A DNA stretch of 64,000 bases from Octopus vulgaris (GCA_951406725.2 OX597836.1:38502001-38566000); one strand, 5' to 3'. Positions 37,476-51,540 are shown, counted from the first letter of the stretch. The notes: generated by a model from the letters alone, not told the origin. Made by a program: numbers and translations.

Positions 37476-38407
37476 TACAATCACAGGTTTATGTAACAAG
37501 GATAAATATTTAAGAGATTAGATAAGCAGAGTACAAGATATTACTTCCTGCGTTGCAGATTGTATTACATTGGTATCAGGACACTTGGAAATGTCCTAGA
37601 AGAAGTAGAAGGTTCATTAAGTGCAATCAATTATTAGATAGAACAATACAGTATTTAAAAAGACTGACAATGCATTATTATTATATAATAAAGACGACAA
37701 TATATCTCTGTGCAGACACAAAGATTACGACTACAAAGCTGATGCTGAAGAGTGATTCGAATATTCGCCATATTTATGAAGCAGTTTATATATGAATGCC
37801 GTTACTAGCAATTGTGTAAGATCTCAGTGTTTTATGATGATGAATTAATGGCAAGATAAACAAAAGGATTATTAATATATTAATAAGACAGATAATTGGT
37901 ACATAGTTTTAATTGTTGCTCCATACAAAAAGTAGTACAAAAGATGAACCTGAATTTATTGATATTCATTATTATTTTGATAAAAGAATCGGTACAATAG
38001 ATGTATTTTCAGAATCTGACAGTAAAAGACATGTTTCAGATAGATAACAAAAGTATTTAAATCAATAACTTACTGTTCTCAAATCTAATTAGACTACAGT
38101 TGACTTTAGAGTCAGTTGATAGAATTAAGTACCTGCAATATATTGGCTTCGAATTTTGGCACAAGGCCAGTAATTTCAGCACAGGGTCTAAGTCGATTAC
38201 AATGACCCCATTGCTCAACTGGTATTTATTTTCTTGACCTTGAAAGGAAGAAAGGTAAAGTTGACCTTGGCGGAATTTGAACTCAGAATGTAAAGACGGA
38301 TGAGATGCTGCCAAGCATTTTAACCAGCATGCTAATGGTTCTGCCAGCTCATCACCTTAAAGTACCAAATTGTTCTTAGTCCCAGGTCAGCTCCGATTGA
38401 ATAGGTA

Positions 38408-38708
38408 GGTTCCTTTTCAAGCCATCTCTGGCTCATAAGGGCCGGTTTCCCGGTTTCCTTGGAGTATAGGTTCCCCACCTGGACAGGACACCGGTCCGTC
38501 GCAGGTGAGCTGCAAAGATGCAGGAGAAAAAAATGAGAGAAAGTTGTGGCGAAAGAGTCAGCAGAAGTTCGCCATCATCTTCTGCTGGAGTTGCGTGGAG
38601 CTGAGGTGTTTCACTCATAAACACACACATTGTCCGGTCTGAGATTTGAACCCGCGATCCCTCGACCACGAGTCCGCTGCCCTAACCACTAGGCCATGTG
38701 CCTCCACT
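38408..38708 (-). mobile_element. tRNA-derived SINE family D variant
   Basis: Paralogue of 37165-37475. Confidence 0.88.
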
Positions 38709-39626
38709 ATTGAATAAGCCTAAGACAAAACAATTCCACCCATAACCACCTCATCTTTCTTTTCAGGCATCATGTATTTAATACTGCATTAGCCAATAAT
38801 ATAGATTAGCCAGAATAGTCTTTGATATAACCTCTTTTAAGATGGTTGCACATGAATTGTCTACTATTTCTAGCATTTCAGACAACCAGGTAGAAGTTCT
38901 ACCACCTACTCTTTATTAGTTTGTTATTATTTATAAGGAAACGGACTGAAAAAAAAATTGGCACAGTGTCAGACAGATACCTCATGGTATTTAGTTACAT
39001 CCCTTTTCTTTCTAAGTCCAAATCCTGCCTAGTTCAAATTTATTTTTCATATTTCTGGGGTAGATAAAATAGTTTCAGTCAAGTACAAGAACAGTGGTTC
39101 TCAAATGGGATCCATATGGCCCTTGGAAGGGTTCATATAAGATTTTGCTGTTAAAATTAATCAGCAATTAACTGGTTGTACTTCTGCCATACACAAAATA
39201 TTTTTATTTCTTTTCAAAGGATCTTTGTCTTGCAAGTTATGTGGTGACCCCTACCAGTGCTGATGCCATGTAAAAAACATCCAGTCCACACTATAAAGTG
39301 GTTGGCATTTGGAAGGGCATCCAGCTGTAAAAACCTTGCCAAAACTGACCTCACCTGAGCTTGTGCCACGTAATAAGCATTAAGCCCACTCTGCGGGGTA
39401 ATTGGTGTTAGGAAGGGCATCCAGCTGTAAAACCCTGCCAAAACAGACACAGAAGTCTGGTGCAGGCTCCTGTCTGGCCAGCTCCTGTCAAACCATCCAA
39501 CCCATGCCGGCATGAAAGGTGGATGTTAAACAAGGATGATGATGATGATGACAGTTCCTAATAATATTTAATTAATCCTGAGGACAACAGATGATGATTT
39601 AAAACTTCTTAATATATTAAAGAGAG

Positions 39627-40085
39627 GGTAATTAACTAAGAGGGATAATTGTCCTAGAGGATAGCTCTTGTCGAGGGGGAATTATCCTAGGGAGTAACTG
39701 TTGTCGGGGAGAATTGTCCTAGGAAGTGTAATTGTCCTAGGAGGTAGCTGTTGTCGGGGGAAATTGTCCTATGGGGTAGCTGGGGGCAGAATTGTCCAAG
39801 GGAGTGTAATTGTCCTATGGGGTAGCTGTTGTCGGGGAGAATTGTTTTAGGGAGTGTAATTGTCCTAGGGTGTAGCTGTCGTCGGGGGGGGGGGGTGCAG
39901 AATTGTCCTAGAGGGTAGCTGTCATTGGGGTAATTGTCCTAGGGAGTGTAATTGTTCTATGGAGTAGCTGTTGTCGGGAGGAATTATTCTAGGAAAGATG
40001 AAATCAATACTGGCTGATTTGAAGCTGTCATCGAGGGGAATTGTCTTAGGGAGTGTAATTGTCCTAGGTGGGTAATTGTCCTGAT
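39627..40085. repeat. G-rich degenerate tandem array of AATTGTCCTAGG / TAGCTGTTGTCGGGG motifs
   Basis: More than a dozen AATTGTCC-like motifs alternating with G runs. Confidence 0.85.
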
Positions 40086-41229
40086 ATGATATAATCTATG
40101 TGCCTCTGTGTTTGTGTTCATTTCCAACCCACTCACAACTTGACAAGCAGTGTTGGTTTGTTTACATCCCCATAATGTTGTAGTTTCACAATAAACGGGA
40201 TCATAAAATAAGTAGCAGAATTTTAAAAAATACACAAATAAGGGATGGGAGTGGGGTTTGGCAAATTGTTTGACTAAACCCGTCAAAACCCCCACCCTGC
40301 ATGACTGCAGTTCAATGACTGTAACAAGGAAAAGGAAGAGGAGAAAAATTGTAATTACTAAATGGCAGAGGGGTGGATGGCAGAGCAAGAAAACAAAATA
40401 ACAAAAAAAAATAATAAATGGTCTACGATTTCAGTTTCAAATCAGCCAGTATTGATTTCATCTTTCCTCTTTCTTTGGTCAATAAGTAACAGAAATACAC
40501 AGAACAAATTAGATATACCCTCTCACTAGGTCGGGTCATGAAATCAATATTTTATATAAATATACAAGGTCATATATAGGCAAAGGTGAAGGCAGAAAAA
40601 AAAAAAAAGGAGTTGTAACTACATTAAAGTTTCTATTAAAGAAATGCAATTAGTTTGTGTGTGTGTGTGTCTGTAATGAATAACGAAGGGAAATGAAAAT
40701 GAATACTGGTGTTATCAGTTTTAATTATAATCTATGAGCTAAAATAAATCATTGTTTGAATCCATCATCAGTTGGCAGGTGTTAATGAACGAAGAGTTTT
40801 CAAATTAAAAAGTCTATGTGATTAATAATTTGAACTATTCTCCAAACGGACACAGGGTTAAACATTACAACTACTACTACCCTAACATCTCCTCCACTAC
40901 TACTAATACTACTTTTTATAAGTGTAAAAAGAATGTTCTTTCTTACCACTTTTTAATTAGAATGGCAAGCAGTGACCCTTGACCTATTGCAGGACCTCCT
41001 AGACTGATGGGCGGAAAATATACTCAAAACAGAACCTAGCTTGAATGCTTGCAACAATGTGAACACTATTAAAGGTACCCAATGTGCTAGGTGGTAGTGG
41101 TGGTGGTGTTAGACCAGGCAATAGATAAAGTCTGCACCCAAGTAGGCTATGGCAGGATTTGAAACTGGAATGCAAAGAGCTGGAACAAATACAAGGTGTC
41201 TGCACCATGGACTCTGCACCATGTCAAAT

Positions 41230-41612
41230 AAGCAAGAGAACCCAGTCACGACTGTCACACAATTTCTGTGAACACATCACCCCTAACATCTGGTCAGCCA
41301 ACTTATCATGGGTGGGACACAGTTGAGCGAGAGACCAACAAAACTCCTTGTAACACCAAAGATAAACTGAAGGCAAGGATTATGGCAGCATTCACAAACT
41401 TAAACAAGGAGACTGTCAAGAAGAGTTGCAGGAGATTCCAAAGTCGTCTGGAGGCTGTGATTGAAGAGCCAATGGCAATTTTATTGACTAAATTTGATTT
41501 TGTATTTCAAGATATTTTTATGTAATTTTGGTAAATATATCTTTTAAAATGAGATGCCAAGTGTTATTTTCATTTTTGAATAATTTAGATGACAGTTTAT
41601 TCACCACACCCT
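41230..41612 (+). mobile_element. Tc1/mariner-superfamily transposase C-terminal remnant
   Basis: WDTVERETNKTPCNTKDKLKARIMAAFTNLNKETVKKSCRRFQSRLEAVIE resembles Tc1/maT C-termini; ends TTTATTCACCACACCCT. Confidence 0.8.
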
Positions 41613-41649
41613 CTCTCACTCTCTCTCTCTCTATATATATATATATGTA

Positions 41650-41976
41650 TATCATCATCATCGTTTAACATCCATTTTCCATACTAGCATGGGTTGGACA
41701 GTTCGACCAGGGTCTGGGAAGCCAGGAGGCTGCACCAGGCTCCAGTCTGATCTGGCAGTGTTTCTACAGCTGGATGCCCTTCCTAATGCTAACCACTCCG
41801 TGAGTGTAGTGGGTGCTTTTCACGTGCCACTGGCACGGAGCCAGTCAAGGTGGCGCTGGCATTGGCCACGTTCAGATGGTGCTTTTTACGTGCCACAGGC
41901 ACAGGTATCACAACTACAATTTCCATTTGATTTTTATTTTGATGTTGATGTACTTGACTCAAAAGGTCTCCTCAAG
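41650..41976 (-). mobile_element. SINE-like family C
   Basis: (CAT)n start, family C core, and a 5' region matching 49752-49815. Confidence 0.88.
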
Positions 41977-43913
41977 CCTGTATAAATATATATATATATA
42001 TATATGCGCACTCACATAGATAGATAAACATACACATTTATATAGCTTATCATCATTGTTATCATTTAGCATTCATATTCCATGTTAGCATGGGTCGGAC
42101 AGTTTGACAGGATCCGATGTGTCCAAGGACTACACTGAACATCAATGTTTGCTTTAGCATGATTTTTACAGCAGGGTGCTCTTCTTAACATGAACCACTG
42201 TACTGTGTGGTCTGGGTGCTTTTTTCATTCCATCTGCACTATTGAGATCACCATGAAATTTGTAGAGCAATATAGAGTCCTCTAATTCATCAGATCTTAC
42301 TGAATCATTCAACCCATGACAGCATGGAAAATTGATGTTAAATGGCATTTACAACATACAGTAATGGCATTGTCCTTTCATGATAATACACAGTGATGCA
42401 GATTTTCATATCAAGGGATTTTAGCTAATCATAAAAACAAAATAAATCCCCAATCCCTTGTGCAAACATCAGCAACATACACGAATTATTTTGTTAGTGG
42501 CGTATCCATAATGCACAACAGTAAATGAAATAATTCATAGATGTAGCTGTATTTGCTTAAATAGTTATGCTTTTAACATCTGAGATTTCTGGATACGAAA
42601 CTTTGAATCCCAATGAATCATTGCTAAAGGTTTATATTATTAAATATTTCACTCAACTATATACATTCTTTATTCTGGTTGTGTAAACACACATACACAA
42701 ACACACACACACACACACATATGGTAAAATAATAAGAAAATGCATTTTCCTTTTATATTGCAGTGAATTGATTCCAAAGTATATTATTACCGTCAAATCA
42801 TTTCAAAATACAATAACATGCATTGAGAAACAGCTTATCAAATTCAAATTATTTCAAAAGGCATTATTACATATTCAAAAAATTTCATATCTTGGTGCAT
42901 AAAATATATATGTTATAGGATATCTGGTGCCTTGCTGTACTCAAAAATACCTGTCCTTCACAGCTGAAATGTTAATGCCGCTCCCCTGATGAAGAAGCGT
43001 AGCCTGCAAGATCCCGGTGATAGTGACATGTAAAAAGCACCTGTGCCAGCATCACAGAAAAAGGGGTCATGCTGGTGTCATGATAAAAGTATTCAGTGCA
43101 TACTGTAAAGTAGTTGCTGATAGGAAGGCCATCCAGCCATAGAAATGAAGCCAAATCAGACGGGTACCTGGTGCAGCTCTCCTGGTTGCCACCTCTGGTC
43201 AACCTGTCCAACCCATTCCAGCATGAATAATGGACATTAAAGGATGATGATGATGATATATATATGTATACACTTTCTTTATGAAAGCCAAAACTTGGAA
43301 CTCACTGTCAACCATTTCCTTATAAAAGTTTAAAGGCGTAGGAGTGGCTGTGTGGTAAGTAGCTAGCTTACGATCCACATGGTTCCGGGTTCAGTCCCAC
43401 TGCATGGCACATTGGGCAAATGTCTTCTACTATAGCCTCTGGCCGAACAAAGACTTGTGAGTGGATCTGGTAGACGGAAACTGAAAGAAGCCCAGTCAAA
43501 TAGCTGAAACAACTAAAAGAGCATATACTCTACTAAAAGTGGTGAGTATTCCTTCAAATTGCATTTTTTGTTTTCATATATTTAACTTGATATAAAAACA
43601 AACATTATTACTTGCTATTATTATTATTTTTCAAACGTGTGTATTATTACTTTTCCATATCTCCTGACTAGTTATGGAATAGTTTTAACATTTCATATCT
43701 ATATCCAAATACCATATTAAAGGGAATTTAGAAATCTCCATGGTTTTTTCAATCAGCATTTCTGTGAATACCGGCTAAGAATGCATAGAATGAATAGAAA
43801 GGTACAATTTCCTTTCAAGAGGACTATTCTGTACAAACTGAAATTCCAGGAAGAATTTGCTAGTCACGGAGTAAGTCCAAGAATAAATGTGTTAGTTCTA
43901 CATTTAAATGTAA

Positions 43914-44138
43914 TACCTATTTCTTTACTACCTACAAGGGGCTAAACACAGAGAGGACAAACAAGGACAGACAAATGGATTAAGTCGATTATATCGACCC
44001 CAGTGCGTAACTGGTACTTAATTTATGGACCCCGAAAGGATGAAAGGCAAAGTCGACCTCGGCGGAATTTCAACTCGAACGTACTGGCAGACGAAATACG
44101 GCTACGCATTTCGCCCGGCGTGCTAACGTTTCTGCCAG
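43914..44138 (-). mobile_element. SINE family B monomer
   Basis: Family B consensus on the minus strand. Confidence 0.9.
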
Positions 44139-44957
44139 CAATATAATACCAACATCTTTATTCTTAGACTCTGTGTATGTGTATGTGTGTGTAATATATA
44201 TTTCTAAAAAAACCACAAAGAGAGAAAAAATAATATGAAGTAATTTTCGTTTCATGTGTGTTAATCTCTATCTACATGGCATGTTAGAGTTCATGTATCA
44301 ACCTTTCAACGTAGTTCCGTGTAATTCTAAAAATAAAAGGTGCAAATGGTTGATATTACAGTTGCCTTTGGATGAATATCGATAATTTTCCAACCATTTA
44401 TCACCATTTCGTGAAGCTGGATAATTGAAAAGTCTAGACATAACTTATCATTTCCTTAAACCTGTGCAAGATAAAAGGGCAAGTGGGGTACTGTATTTTG
44501 TATAAAGAAGTCTATTGCTGGTTGTCATGGTTACCTTATGTGTTGATGTGACTACAAAAGGATCTGTGTATATTGTTAGAGATAAAACAAAATCAATTAT
44601 AATGATTTGATGTTGTAATTGTACAACTTCAATAGAACCATTGAATATGGTATAGTGCAATGAACTTCTCACAAAAAAATAAATAAATAAATAAATAAAA
44701 ATAAAAGACCAACAATTTACTGAATTCCTTCTTCACATAGATACATACACTAGTGCTTCTTAGACTGGTAATTCTGTTACAAGGTTATTTATAATGATGG
44801 TGGAAGAAAAATGTTGTTGCAGGAATTTCGGAAGATGGTTTAGGCAGTATTTCTCCAAAAAATTTTATAACATTTTTCTAGCATAACGACTTAAATATAT
44901 TCTTTAACCTTATAACACAAGCCTTCTGTAGTTTTTTCACTCTTTTTTATGTTAAAG

Positions 44958-44988
<31 letters not shown>

Positions 44989-45189
44989 CATACAAGCAAA
45001 ACGCCCCTCCCCTCATCCAATGGACGGTGCTGAGTTGACAATTCTTCCAAAATTCTTGCAACAACATTTTTCTTCCAACCTTTAAACCAAATTTTCTCAA
45101 AACAAGTTGTCCAACCATCCCATAGGCCTCCCCTTTGAGAAACACTGATTTAACCTAAATTTGAGACACCAGCAAAAGAAGAAATAAAG

Positions 45190-45666
45190 ATAGACTTTTT
45201 TTCTATTCCCAAGAAAAACGATTTTATTCACACAAATATGCAACCAAAGAGTTTAAAGTACCAGTAGTGATAAGGCTGTTTGTTAAGACAGTCTTTCCTT
45301 CCTTCATGCCAAGTTTGAATAAAATATCTCTTTCGCATCTTATTTTTTTGGTTTCTAAAATATACTGCATTTTGTGGCATTCTTTCAAGCCAGCCGGCTT
45401 TTTTTGCGCAAACTGCATGTGCATTTTTCTCGCGTACGCATAGTATCGATCGCAACAGCTGATGTACTTGTGTGTACAAATGCACGTTCCCATGGCTTTA
45501 TCAATCGTATTCTCACCTGGAATCGATTTTTGTAATTTTTCAAGACTTATACTCGCCCTGATACCGTCGGTATCTACATATCAAATTTGAGCACAATCGG
45601 ATGGAGGATGCCCAAGATCCTAGAAGACACACACACAGACAGACAGAACAGATTTTATATAATAGA
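45190..45666 (-). mobile_element. Helitron-like fragment
   Basis: Right end CAAATTTGAGCACAATCGG..ACACACAGACAGACAG..TTTTATATAATAGA|T resembles the other Helitron 5' ends; left boundary uncertain. Confidence 0.6.
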
Positions 45667-45670
45667 TATA

Positions 45671-45830
45671 CACAGGAGTGGCTATGTGGAAAGTAGCCTG
45701 CTTACCAACCACCCAGTTCTGGGTTCAGTCCCACTGCATGGCACCTTGGGAAAGTGTCTTCTACTATAGCCTCGGGCCGACCAAAGCCTTGTGAGTGGAT
45801 TTGGTAGACGGAAACTGAACGAAGCCTGTC

Positions 45831-45871
<41 letters not shown>

Positions 45872-46275
45872 TGTGTGTGTGTGTTTGTGTTTGTCCCCCC
45901 AACATCGCTTGACAACTGATGCTGGTATGTTTACGTCCCCGTTACCTAGCGGTTCGGCCAAAGAGACCGATAGAATAAGTACTAGGCTTACAAAGAATAA
46001 GACCTGGGGTCGATTTACTTGACTAAAAGGCGGTGCTCCTGCATGGCCGCAGTCAAATGACAAACAAGTAAAAGAGAAAAAGAGAGAATACATATACACA
46101 CACATACACATGATGAGCTCCTACAGTTTTCATCAACCAAATTCACTCACAATACATTAGTTGGCCCAAAGCTATTGTAGAAGACACTTGCCCAAGGTAC
46201 TTGCAGTGGGACTGAACCCGAAACCATGTGGTTGCAAAGATAGTTTTTTTAACCACACAACCATGCCTGTTCCTA
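45671..46275. mobile_element. SINE family A (+, 45671-46086) followed by an inverted family A head half (-, 46110-46275)
   Basis: Family A consensus in both orientations. Confidence 0.88.
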
Positions 46276-47357
46276 TGTTAAATAAAATCGTTTAAAATGT
46301 ATTCAATAAAATCAAAAGATAAAACCAATAATTTCAGGATCTGAACCTATTGAAACGCCAATACAAAACAGTTAGTCCAGCTCCATACAGTCTGTCTATA
46401 TACCAACATTTATAACCTATATTATCATAAACAATATTATAAATAGTCAATAGTTTTCAATTTCCATTCTTATTGACCAACATTAATTCTTTGATTCTAT
46501 TTTTATTGCATTCATAATGTCATTATGTTTTTTTATGCTAAAAATAATGTCTAAAATACTGGCTAAACCATCTTCCGAAATTCCTGCAACAACATTTTTC
46601 TTCCACCATCATTATAAATAACCTTGTAACAGAATTACCAGTCTAAGAAGCAGTATCAGGAGATTGTGTGGCTTTTCATCTTTATTTTTATGGTGAGATA
46701 TCTACAATGCCATCTTCTGCTGCCTTGATGATTTTTTGTGAAAGTTTATTGCTATCAATATTCTGCCATCAATCAAATCAGTCATCCGTATAATTTCTAA
46801 ATCCCGGACAGTGTATCAACACTATAGAAAATACAATAGAAAAATGGTTTAACCAGAACAAAGAATGATGAATCTTTCATATTATTACAAATTCTCTAAG
46901 TCCAATAAAATATGAAGAGAACACTGTAGATTTCTGATTAGATCTGTATTGATAATTTTTAAGATATGCATTGCACAACCACACATTTCAGTAGATCTGT
47001 ACAATTAGCTACATCTCTCCTCCTAGTATTTGATTGGTTCTATTTATTTTTATCAACCCTTGAAAGATCAAAGGATGGTTGACCTGAGAGGGTGATTTGA
47101 GCACAGAAGATGTAACCACTTAATGTATAGGTATTTAGTGTGAAACTACTGGCTGTATAAATCTACTGAGTAATAATAACAACAAAAATTTTAGAAATAT
47201 ATAACAGCAGAGACTTACTTGAGTTGAAAGCACAATGAATTGATTAGTTCAAAATATATGGGTGAATATCGTTTGGACACTGAATTGATACTAAACTAAT
47301 CTTACTATTCAGAGTAAGAAATATAAAGAAATTTATGGCCATATCACATTGAAAACA

Positions 47358-47526
47358 AGCATAGGAGTGGCTGTGTGGTAAGTAGCTTGCTTACGAACCA
47401 CATGGTTCCGGCTTCAGCTCCACTGCGTGGCACCTTGGGCAAGTGTCTTCTACTATTGCCTCGGGCTGACCAAAGCCTTGTGAGTGGATTTGGTAGACGG
47501 AAATTGAAAGAAGCCCATCGTATATA

Positions 47527-47579
<53 letters not shown>

Positions 47580-47650
47580 TTGTGTGTTGTGTTTGTCCCC
47601 CCTAACATCACTTGACAACCGATGCTGGTGTGTTTACGTCCCCGTAACTA
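47358..47650 (+). mobile_element. SINE family A, 3'-truncated
   Basis: Consensus stops at CCCGTAACT, followed by AAACGATGATGATG. Confidence 0.88.
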
Positions 47651-48679
47651 AACGATGATGATGTTTGAGGTTGTGAAGAATCAGAACCTTTTTTCTATCA
47701 ATGTTATGAGATTTTAATTAGAACACATCTGCTAAAATGTTAATCAGCTAAATTTGAGAAAGGCTTTATAACAGTAAAATAATTACCAAAATTGCAAAAG
47801 ACAAATTCTGCAATACTAGGTAGAAATATCTGCATAACTTCATACATAGTCCAGCCTTTAGAAACTTTTAACTGATCCAAAATTTAACACTAGCAAGCAT
47901 CCAAGCCGCTGGCTACTAATATCTTTCTAATTTACTCGATTCATTGATGTTCACTAATAGCCATTCAGTCCGGTCAGCAAAATAGACAAAATGACTACTG
48001 ACCTGGAACATTGTATTTACATAACTACCTTTTCAACCTATATACACACTGATGATCTCTGTCAGTCTAGTTTTTCGTTTTCCATTTTTACCATTTTTAA
48101 TAATAAATAGCCTTTCTTTCCAGCAACCAGCTGCAAGCTGTCTCTAACAAGAGTCATTATAAGGTAATCTGGAGAAATTGGTTTTCAAAATCTGTTGCTT
48201 CTATCGGTTCACTGGTCTGCACCCCCCCACCCAATGTCAGAAGTCTTGAAGAATGGTTGTATCGTCACAGTTTACTTCACATACTTTGTGGAATACACAT
48301 ATTTCTGAAGGCATATTTCTAAGTGTGTATTAATCACCAGGGATGATGGATAAATTCGGTAGACAATTTAAATTGTCATGAATTTACCATTGGTTGAAAA
48401 TTTAATGACTATCAGTGGAAAAACACATTTAACCCATTTAATCCCAGTGAACCTTTTATCTTACTAATTTGTTATCTGTGATACTAGAATGAAATGAATG
48501 GGCATAGCTGCTTGGACACTGATAACTTGGCATAGTTGTTTGGGCAATGAACCTGTTTTGGTGACAGAACTTTTTGGCACTGGAGGGAAATACACACACA
48601 CACACACACATTTGGAGACAGAGACAGACAGAAAGAGTGAGAGAACAGAGAGAGAGAGAGAGAGATTACAATTTATTAA

Positions 48680-48935
48680 TTGAGCATGATTAGATCGTCA
48701 TAAGAAAAAAATGCAGGACAGATTCTTCAAGCTGAACCATAGGCAAAAGACCTAGGGGTAGACCAAGAATGAGATGGAACTATAACATCCCATAATCTCA
48801 ATTGGTCACATTTAGGAACCTAGTTGGGAAAGCTAATGATGTTTGCCTCTGATAGGACCCAATGGAGGAGGTACCTGAAGACTATCCTGAAAACCCTCCC
48901 AGGATTAGAGCACAGAAACGATGATTGGATGGATG
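48680..48935 (+). mobile_element. Degenerate RTE-like LINE 3' fragment
   Basis: Peptide ..GKRPRGRPRMRWNYNI matches the RTE C-terminal G.R.RGRP..RW motif. Confidence 0.65.
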
Positions 48936-48993
48936 GAACATAATTGACATAAAATACTTTCTGAGAAATAGCTCTCACCTAAAGAGAGAGAGG

Positions 48994-49035
<42 letters not shown>

Positions 49036-49251
49036 TATAGATAGAAAGAGAGAGAGAGTAAGAGAGAGAAGAAAAGAAACATTAAAACTTCCAATGCCAA
49101 ATGAGTTTGTGTCAAATCAGTGATGCCAAACTGGTTGTGCCAAAACATCTCACATCCTTCTGCATACGTATACTGAAGTTATTCAATCAGTAACAAGTGT
49201 TTCCAATTTAGCATTCATTTAATGTCTACACAAGCCTAGGCAAGATATTAA

Positions 49252-49473
49252 CCCTTTTGTTACTGTATTTCTGTTGAGATGCTCTGTGTTTCTTTCAATT
49301 AATTTTAAATATAATAAAGAATTCAGTAAAACAACTTAGTTATAATTAAGTTGGTGTTAGGAACATAGATTGTGACTAAGGTTTGGTGGAAGATTTTAAT
49401 TCAAAACTTATGAAAACAAGGCATTTGTACTAAAGAGCCAGAGCCGGTTTCAGCCAGGTTGGTATCGAAAGGG
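49252..49473. mobile_element. piggyBac-type MITE (~222 bp)
   Basis: TTAA-CCCTTT..AAAGGG-TTAA; a second copy lies at 56516-56736. Confidence 0.88.
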
Positions 49474-49751
49474 TTAAATTAAATCCACTGGTGAAGTTCC
49501 AGCTTGGGAGTTCAGGAGTTTGGTAGAGTATGGAACTACCTCTCATAGTTCTTCAATAACTGAAACTATTAGCCTCTCCACTGAAACAGATATACCTGAC
49601 TTGCATACTAATTCTTGTATTTAATGGTATACAAGACACAATTGCTTTCTAAAACAATGTCTCAAGAATCTACTCTAAGCAAAGCTGAGTCTCCCCTTAA
49701 GCTAATTTTGTCCCTGATACTTACTATTATTAGGCTAATTTTAAATTAGAT

Positions 49752-50146
49752 CTTGAGGAGACCTATTGAGTCAAGTACGTCAACATCAAAATAAAAATCA
49801 AATAGAAATTGTAGTTAAGACACCCGTGCCGGTGACATGTAAAAAGCACCGTCTGAAAGTGGCAAATGCCAGCACCGCCTGACTGGCATCCGTGTCGGTG
49901 CCACGTAAAAGTACCAACTGATCGTGGCCATTTTTCCAACCTGCTATGGCCCGTGCCGGTGGCACATAAAAAGACACCCACTACACTCACGGAGTGGTTG
50001 GCGTCAGGAAGGGCATCCAGCTTTAGAAACACTGCCAAATCAGACTAGAGCCTGGTACAGCCTCCATGGCTTACCAGACCCTAATCAAACCGTCCAACCC
50101 ATGCTAGCATGGAAAATGGACGTTGAACGATGATGATGATGATGAC
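49752..50146 (+). mobile_element. SINE-like family C
   Basis: 5' region, about 3 module repeats, core and (GAT)n tail. Confidence 0.88.
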
Positions 50147-50181
50147 GATCTTTTCTACCTAGCATAAATCCATAATAATAA

Positions 50182-50944
50182 CTGACTTTTTATTTAGAGT
50201 TATGTTTCTTGCTAAAGCTAGGGTACTTTTCTTACTGTCTTGTAATGTACTGAGTGGTCATGGTTAGAAAGCCTGGACTAGGAACCTACTTGATTAGAGC
50301 TGATATGGGCTAAACAGCAACATTAACACTGATACAGAGTTTATGGAAATCGATGCCTTGATGTGTCTTTAATAAATAAATCAATACGAAAATAACGATT
50401 ACATTCATTCTGTTATATGTTTTAGTCCTAAAGCTGTGACCATGCTGGGGGCACCACCAGTGTATATTATCACTGTTTAACATCCGTTTTCCATGCTGGC
50501 ATGGACTGGACAGCTTGACAGGCGCTGACAGGCCAGAGGACTGAGCCAAGCTGCAAGGTCTGCTTTGGCATGGTTCCTATGGCCGAATGTCCTTCTTAAT
50601 GTCAGTTACATCACACAGTGTACACACACACACAGCCAGTTTATTGTTTGTTTATATCTTGATAATCCAAGATTCGTTTCATTCCATTCCAAAGCAGTAT
50701 AAACCATATAAGTTCTCTGAAACCGATCAAAAGAAAATTAACACTTTTCAGTGTACCTGGTCTCCCAGGACCTCATTTTAGTGGTGCTTCATTTTTAAGT
50801 TCGTGTGTCAGCAAGAAGAGATATGTTACTTAAGCTGTTATAACCAGTCTTCGAAATGCACTTTTTTTCTTATTGTAAGTTCAGTATATTTTTAAGTAGG
50901 AAATGAAGAAATCAATATTCCAGTTAATGGAAAGCATAGTTAGG

Positions 50945-50999
<55 letters not shown>

Positions 51000-51066
51000 G
51001 ACATATATGCAAATATATATATATATATATATATATAAACATACATATGCACATATATATATATAA

Positions 51067-51099
<33 letters not shown>

Positions 51100-51132
51100 A
51101 ACATACATATATGCATACATATATATATATAA

Positions 51133-51163
<31 letters not shown>

Positions 51164-51164
51164 A

Positions 51165-51197
<33 letters not shown>

Positions 51198-51383
51198 ATA
51201 CATACATATATATATATATATAAACATACATATATATATATATATATATATAAACATACATATATACATATATAAACATACATATATACATATATATAAA
51301 CATACATATATACATATATATATATAAACATACATATATACATATATATATATAAACATACATATATACATATATATATATAA

Positions 51384-51416
<33 letters not shown>

Positions 51417-51469
51417 AACATACATATATACATATATATATATAAACATACATATATACATATATATAA

Positions 51470-51540
<71 letters not shown>

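Larger units (their letters stand above)
44754..46652. repeat. Long-range inverted repeat: 99-bp arms at 44754-44852 and 46554-46652, plus a 35-bp partial partner at 45043-45077
   Basis: Manual alignment: 98/99 identity for the full arms; 33/35 for the partial copy. Confidence 0.95.

Noticed and set aside
44845-45147. Possible hAT MITE (CAGTATTTCTCC..TTTGAGAAACACTG)
   Set aside because: The termini match only loosely and no 8-bp TSD is present.
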